A stretch of 64,000 nucleotides of DNA from Entomortierella parvispora E1425. Taxonomy: Eukaryota > Fungi > Mortierellomycota. The stretch is taken from positions 1,612,001 through 1,676,000 of the forward strand of contig BQFW01000011.1 in NCBI GenBank assembly GCA_020891255.1. The letters run 5' to 3'. A program made the translations under genes and the position numbers. The first letter of the stretch is position 1. Each line of letters starts with the position of its first letter. The notes beneath the pieces are model-generated. The model did no database searches. It saw nothing but the letters and a program-made list of their open reading frames with translations, and was not told where the DNA came from. Of the stretch, positions 61,423 to 64,000 are shown piece by piece.

Positions 61423-63317
61423 TTAGGTGAGGCACCAGTGCCAGATCAAGCCCTGTCCTCCACGACGGCCGGCCTCGAAGAGAGTGCTCATGTCGCACAT
61501 GTAGGTAGTGATGGTCTTGAGACCACCAGCAACCATACGCTCGCGAACAGGGGGTTCAAGAACCTTGATGGCATCCATGTACTTTTCGTCGCCCCAGATA
61601 GTGTATGCGATTTGGAGACACTTGAGGAAATCAGCCATCTCAAAGCCCTTGATGTTGTCCACCGGCCAGTCCTTTCCATTTGTAAGAGAATAAGGCAAGA
61701 GAAAGTCGACAGCCTTCTTGATCGACTGTCCCTCTGGTCCCTCATAGTTCCACATGTCCACACCCACATCATCGCCCCATCGAGCCAGCGACATGAGGGC
61801 TTGGAGGTTGAAGACAGAGTAGTACCACGACGTCTTGCGAGCCAACTCTTCGGGCTGCCTTCCGTCGGCCTCAATCTGAGCATCGATACGGGTCTTGAGA
61901 GCAGATTTTGCAACAGCACGGGCATCCTCCGTTCTTCCAAGGAAGAGATAGATGCCAATAACCTGAACGTCGTAGTAGGTACCGTGGTTGTTGTTGCCCT
62001 CGCGTTCCAGTCTGGCCAAAGAAGAAGTGTTGAGCCACTGGACATACTTTTTAAACCACTCCTGCAAAGAGGGAATCAGATCCGCAGGCCAAGAAGGGTC
62101 CTGCTTGAGGTAATGCAGGGCATCAAAGACACTATTTTGTTTGTTCCCGATAAGAAGAAATCCCGAAGGTAAAATTAGCGTTCTTTCGTTCTATTGCTAT
62201 TTTTATCCTTGCGCACCCGCCAGAAGTTTGAAAATGGGAAGCGAACACCAGAAAATGTCATGGGCACAAGATCACAGACACAAACACACAAAAAAACTTA
62301 CCGGAAGATGGTGAACATGTCCAGCACGCCTGTACGCACACCAAGCTTCTTACCCTTCTGGAGAGAACCATAGTTGATGTTGGGGTTCATGTACGTCTCC
62401 TCGTCCAAGAACCACTCGCGCAGACGAGAGGCACATTTCTGAGCATAGGCAGAATCGCCGGTGAAGTGATAGGCCATGCCCATCATGTGGACCTCACGGA
62501 TCATGGTTCGCAAGAGACGGTAGTCCTCCACTGTCTCAATCTCGGGGTTGACAAAACCATCCCTGCGGATATAAGGCAACCCACTCTCAGTCTTCGATGG
62601 CCAGTAATACTTGGACAGAGAAAGGTAATCGTGGATGTCGCCTGAAGGGGCAGTTTGGTTCTTGAGCGTCACAGAGTAGACCCTGGTCGACCTCATGGCC
62701 AAGTCGGCCTCCTTGACAATCAGTGCCACAGCGTAATCGCGCTCACGACGGTTGGCTGAAAGCAACTCGGGGTACGTAGCAGGCGCTGCTAACCGGGCTT
62801 TAGTGGCCTTGTCCAAAGGAGTCTCCTCTGTCTCGGTCTCCTCAGAATCGTCTTCAAAGGTGGCATCTCCCTCGTCATCGACAGTGACCGCATCTTCTCC
62901 ACTTTTCTCCCCAGCTTCTTTGGGCTCTTCGTTTCCATAGACGACTCCCTTCTCCGCCTCCTCCTCGATCGGTGTGAGGTTGATTGGCTCTGGAAGTGGT
63001 TCTTTTTGTTCGCGGTGCTTGTTGTTGCTGTTGTTGTTGTTGTAAATGGCATTCCTGTCCTTAGGTACAGAATCACCATAAGGATCACTCTCTGGCCGCA
63101 ACTGAATGGGCCCCTTGCGCTGATGTTCGGGACCAGGGCCAAAGATGGTGGTGAGAGTGATGTAGACAAAGAGCAGACCACCAGCCCCGAGGATGACTTT
63201 ACGCAGGGTCCAGCGTCCAGCCGCAGCGTTACTGGAAGCGTCTCCTAGCATGGGCTTGTCCTTGAACTGTGAGTGGTGAGATGGTAGAACCGAGACTGAA
63301 CTGGGTCTCGCCTTCAT
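61423..63317 (-). CDS. Alginate-lyase-domain (PF05426-type) polysaccharide lyase with an N-terminal transmembrane anchor, 574 aa, 2 exons
   Basis: GDIHDYLSLSKYYWP, GLPYIRRDGFVNPE, NNHGTYYDVQ and SWYYSVFNLQAL. Single intron 62301-62132. TM segment VILGAGGLLFVYITLTTIFG. Confidence 0.87.
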
Positions 63318-63508
63318 CGCGAATGTTTGTGTGGTGGATGGGAAGAATAAAGAGAAGGATGAGGTCAAGATGAGGTGCAGTCCCTGGTTGCCTCCAATAT
63401 GTGAGCCTCAGCCGTTGAAATGAATGCAGCACGTGGACAAAATCGCTTCCGTGACGTGGTAATTTTTTTTATTTTTTATTCTAACTATTTATGTACAATT
63501 TCTATTCT

Positions 63509-64000
63509 TCACCGGTTGTTTTTGCGCCGCTTGGCACGATTCTCTCCTCCTCCTCCAGCATTGCCACCACTAGAACCTGCCTCTCCTTTAGACCCGCCGC
63601 CTCGGTTCTTCTCCATCAAGCGACTGATACGCTGCCAGTCTCGGTCCAGCTTTTCGTCCTTGCTCAGACCCTTGTTTTTGCCTTCATCCCATTTGCCAGT
63701 CTTTCGACCTTCACTCATCTTCACGCCAAACTGGAAAGATGTCTTTGGGATAACCTCGACCGTATCCTTGTATCGATTGAAGCCCTCCTCCGTGTCAAAA
63801 TCGAAACGCCCCAGCTGTGCGCGTTTGTTCTTGTGCGTGCCCTTGTCAATAAGAATTGTCGACTGCCCTTCATCTTCGTCGTCATCCGAATCGTAAGCCG
63901 TGCTTCCTAGTCCTCGCCCGCTTGTACCGAGTCCATATGCAGAGTAATAATCCGCATCTTCATCCACGTCCATGCTGTCCAAAGTAGGCTTGCGACGTGG
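63509..64000 (-). CDS. 3' end of spliceosomal protein RED/IK (RED_C domain)
   Basis: YDSDDD...QLGRFDFDTEEGF..Y....EVIPKTSFQFGVKMSEGRKT...KLDRDWQRISRLMEK matches the RED C-terminal motif as I recall it. Confidence 0.88.
   Translation of the reverse strand, partial: PRRKPTLDSMDVDEDADYYSAYGLGTSGRGLGSTAYDSDDDEDEGQSTILIDKGTHKNKRAQLGRFDFDTEEGFNRYKDTVEVIPKTSFQFGVKMSEGRKTGKWDEGKNKGLSKDEKLDRDWQRISRLMEKNRGGGSKGEAGSSGGNAGGGGENRAKRRKNNR

Noticed and set aside
2256-64000. Numerous long antisense and alternate-frame ORFs in the track (e.g. 3715-4509, 7577-8131, 46189-46908, 60771-61118)
   Set aside because: They shadow well-supported genes or low-complexity UTRs, have no motifs, and are expected from codon bias.
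1-64000. A functional gene cluster (secondary metabolite, defence or mobile element)
   Set aside because: The genes are unrelated housekeeping functions. No PKS/NRPS, transposase, reverse transcriptase, LTR/TIR pair or CRISPR-like array was seen.

Overview
Gene-dense, intron-rich eukaryotic DNA of about 50% GC. Gene content and intron style suggest an early-diverging fungus, probably Mortierellaceae (inference). I read about 29 protein-coding loci by hand-splicing GT-AG introns, since the ORF track fragments most of them. Recognisable genes are a TTC9-like TPR protein, OMA1, ankyrin-Nudix NADH pyrophosphatase, an ARM-like/BTB protein, DSK2, an RCCD1-like protein, a LaeA-like methyltransferase, calcipressin RCN1, a VanZ-like protein, a GRDP/DUF1399 protein, an OCA4-like pseudophosphatase, LSM2, YOP1, DJ-1/Hsp31, an A20/AN1 zinc finger, NDUFA9, a FET-family RNA-binding protein, an ERp38-type PDI, EAF7, PSO2/SNM1, FMT1, an ANP32-like protein, an alginate-lyase-family protein and a partial RED/IK gene. 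I found no rRNA, tRNA, CRISPR array or transposon. No database search was possible, so all family calls rest on remembered motifs. The best leads are: (1) an intronless Sororin-like cohesin regulator carrying an FGF motif, a Sororin-type C-terminus and two tandem ubiquitin-interacting motifs; (2) a five-exon stefin/cystatin-fold gene missed by the ORF track, with a rewired inhibitory loop; (3) a Nudix hydrolase with both a mitochondrial presequence and a PTS1; (4) a membrane-anchored, bacterial-type polysaccharide lyase; (5) two loci (21.5-22.5 kb and 38.7-39.8 kb) that I could not resolve.
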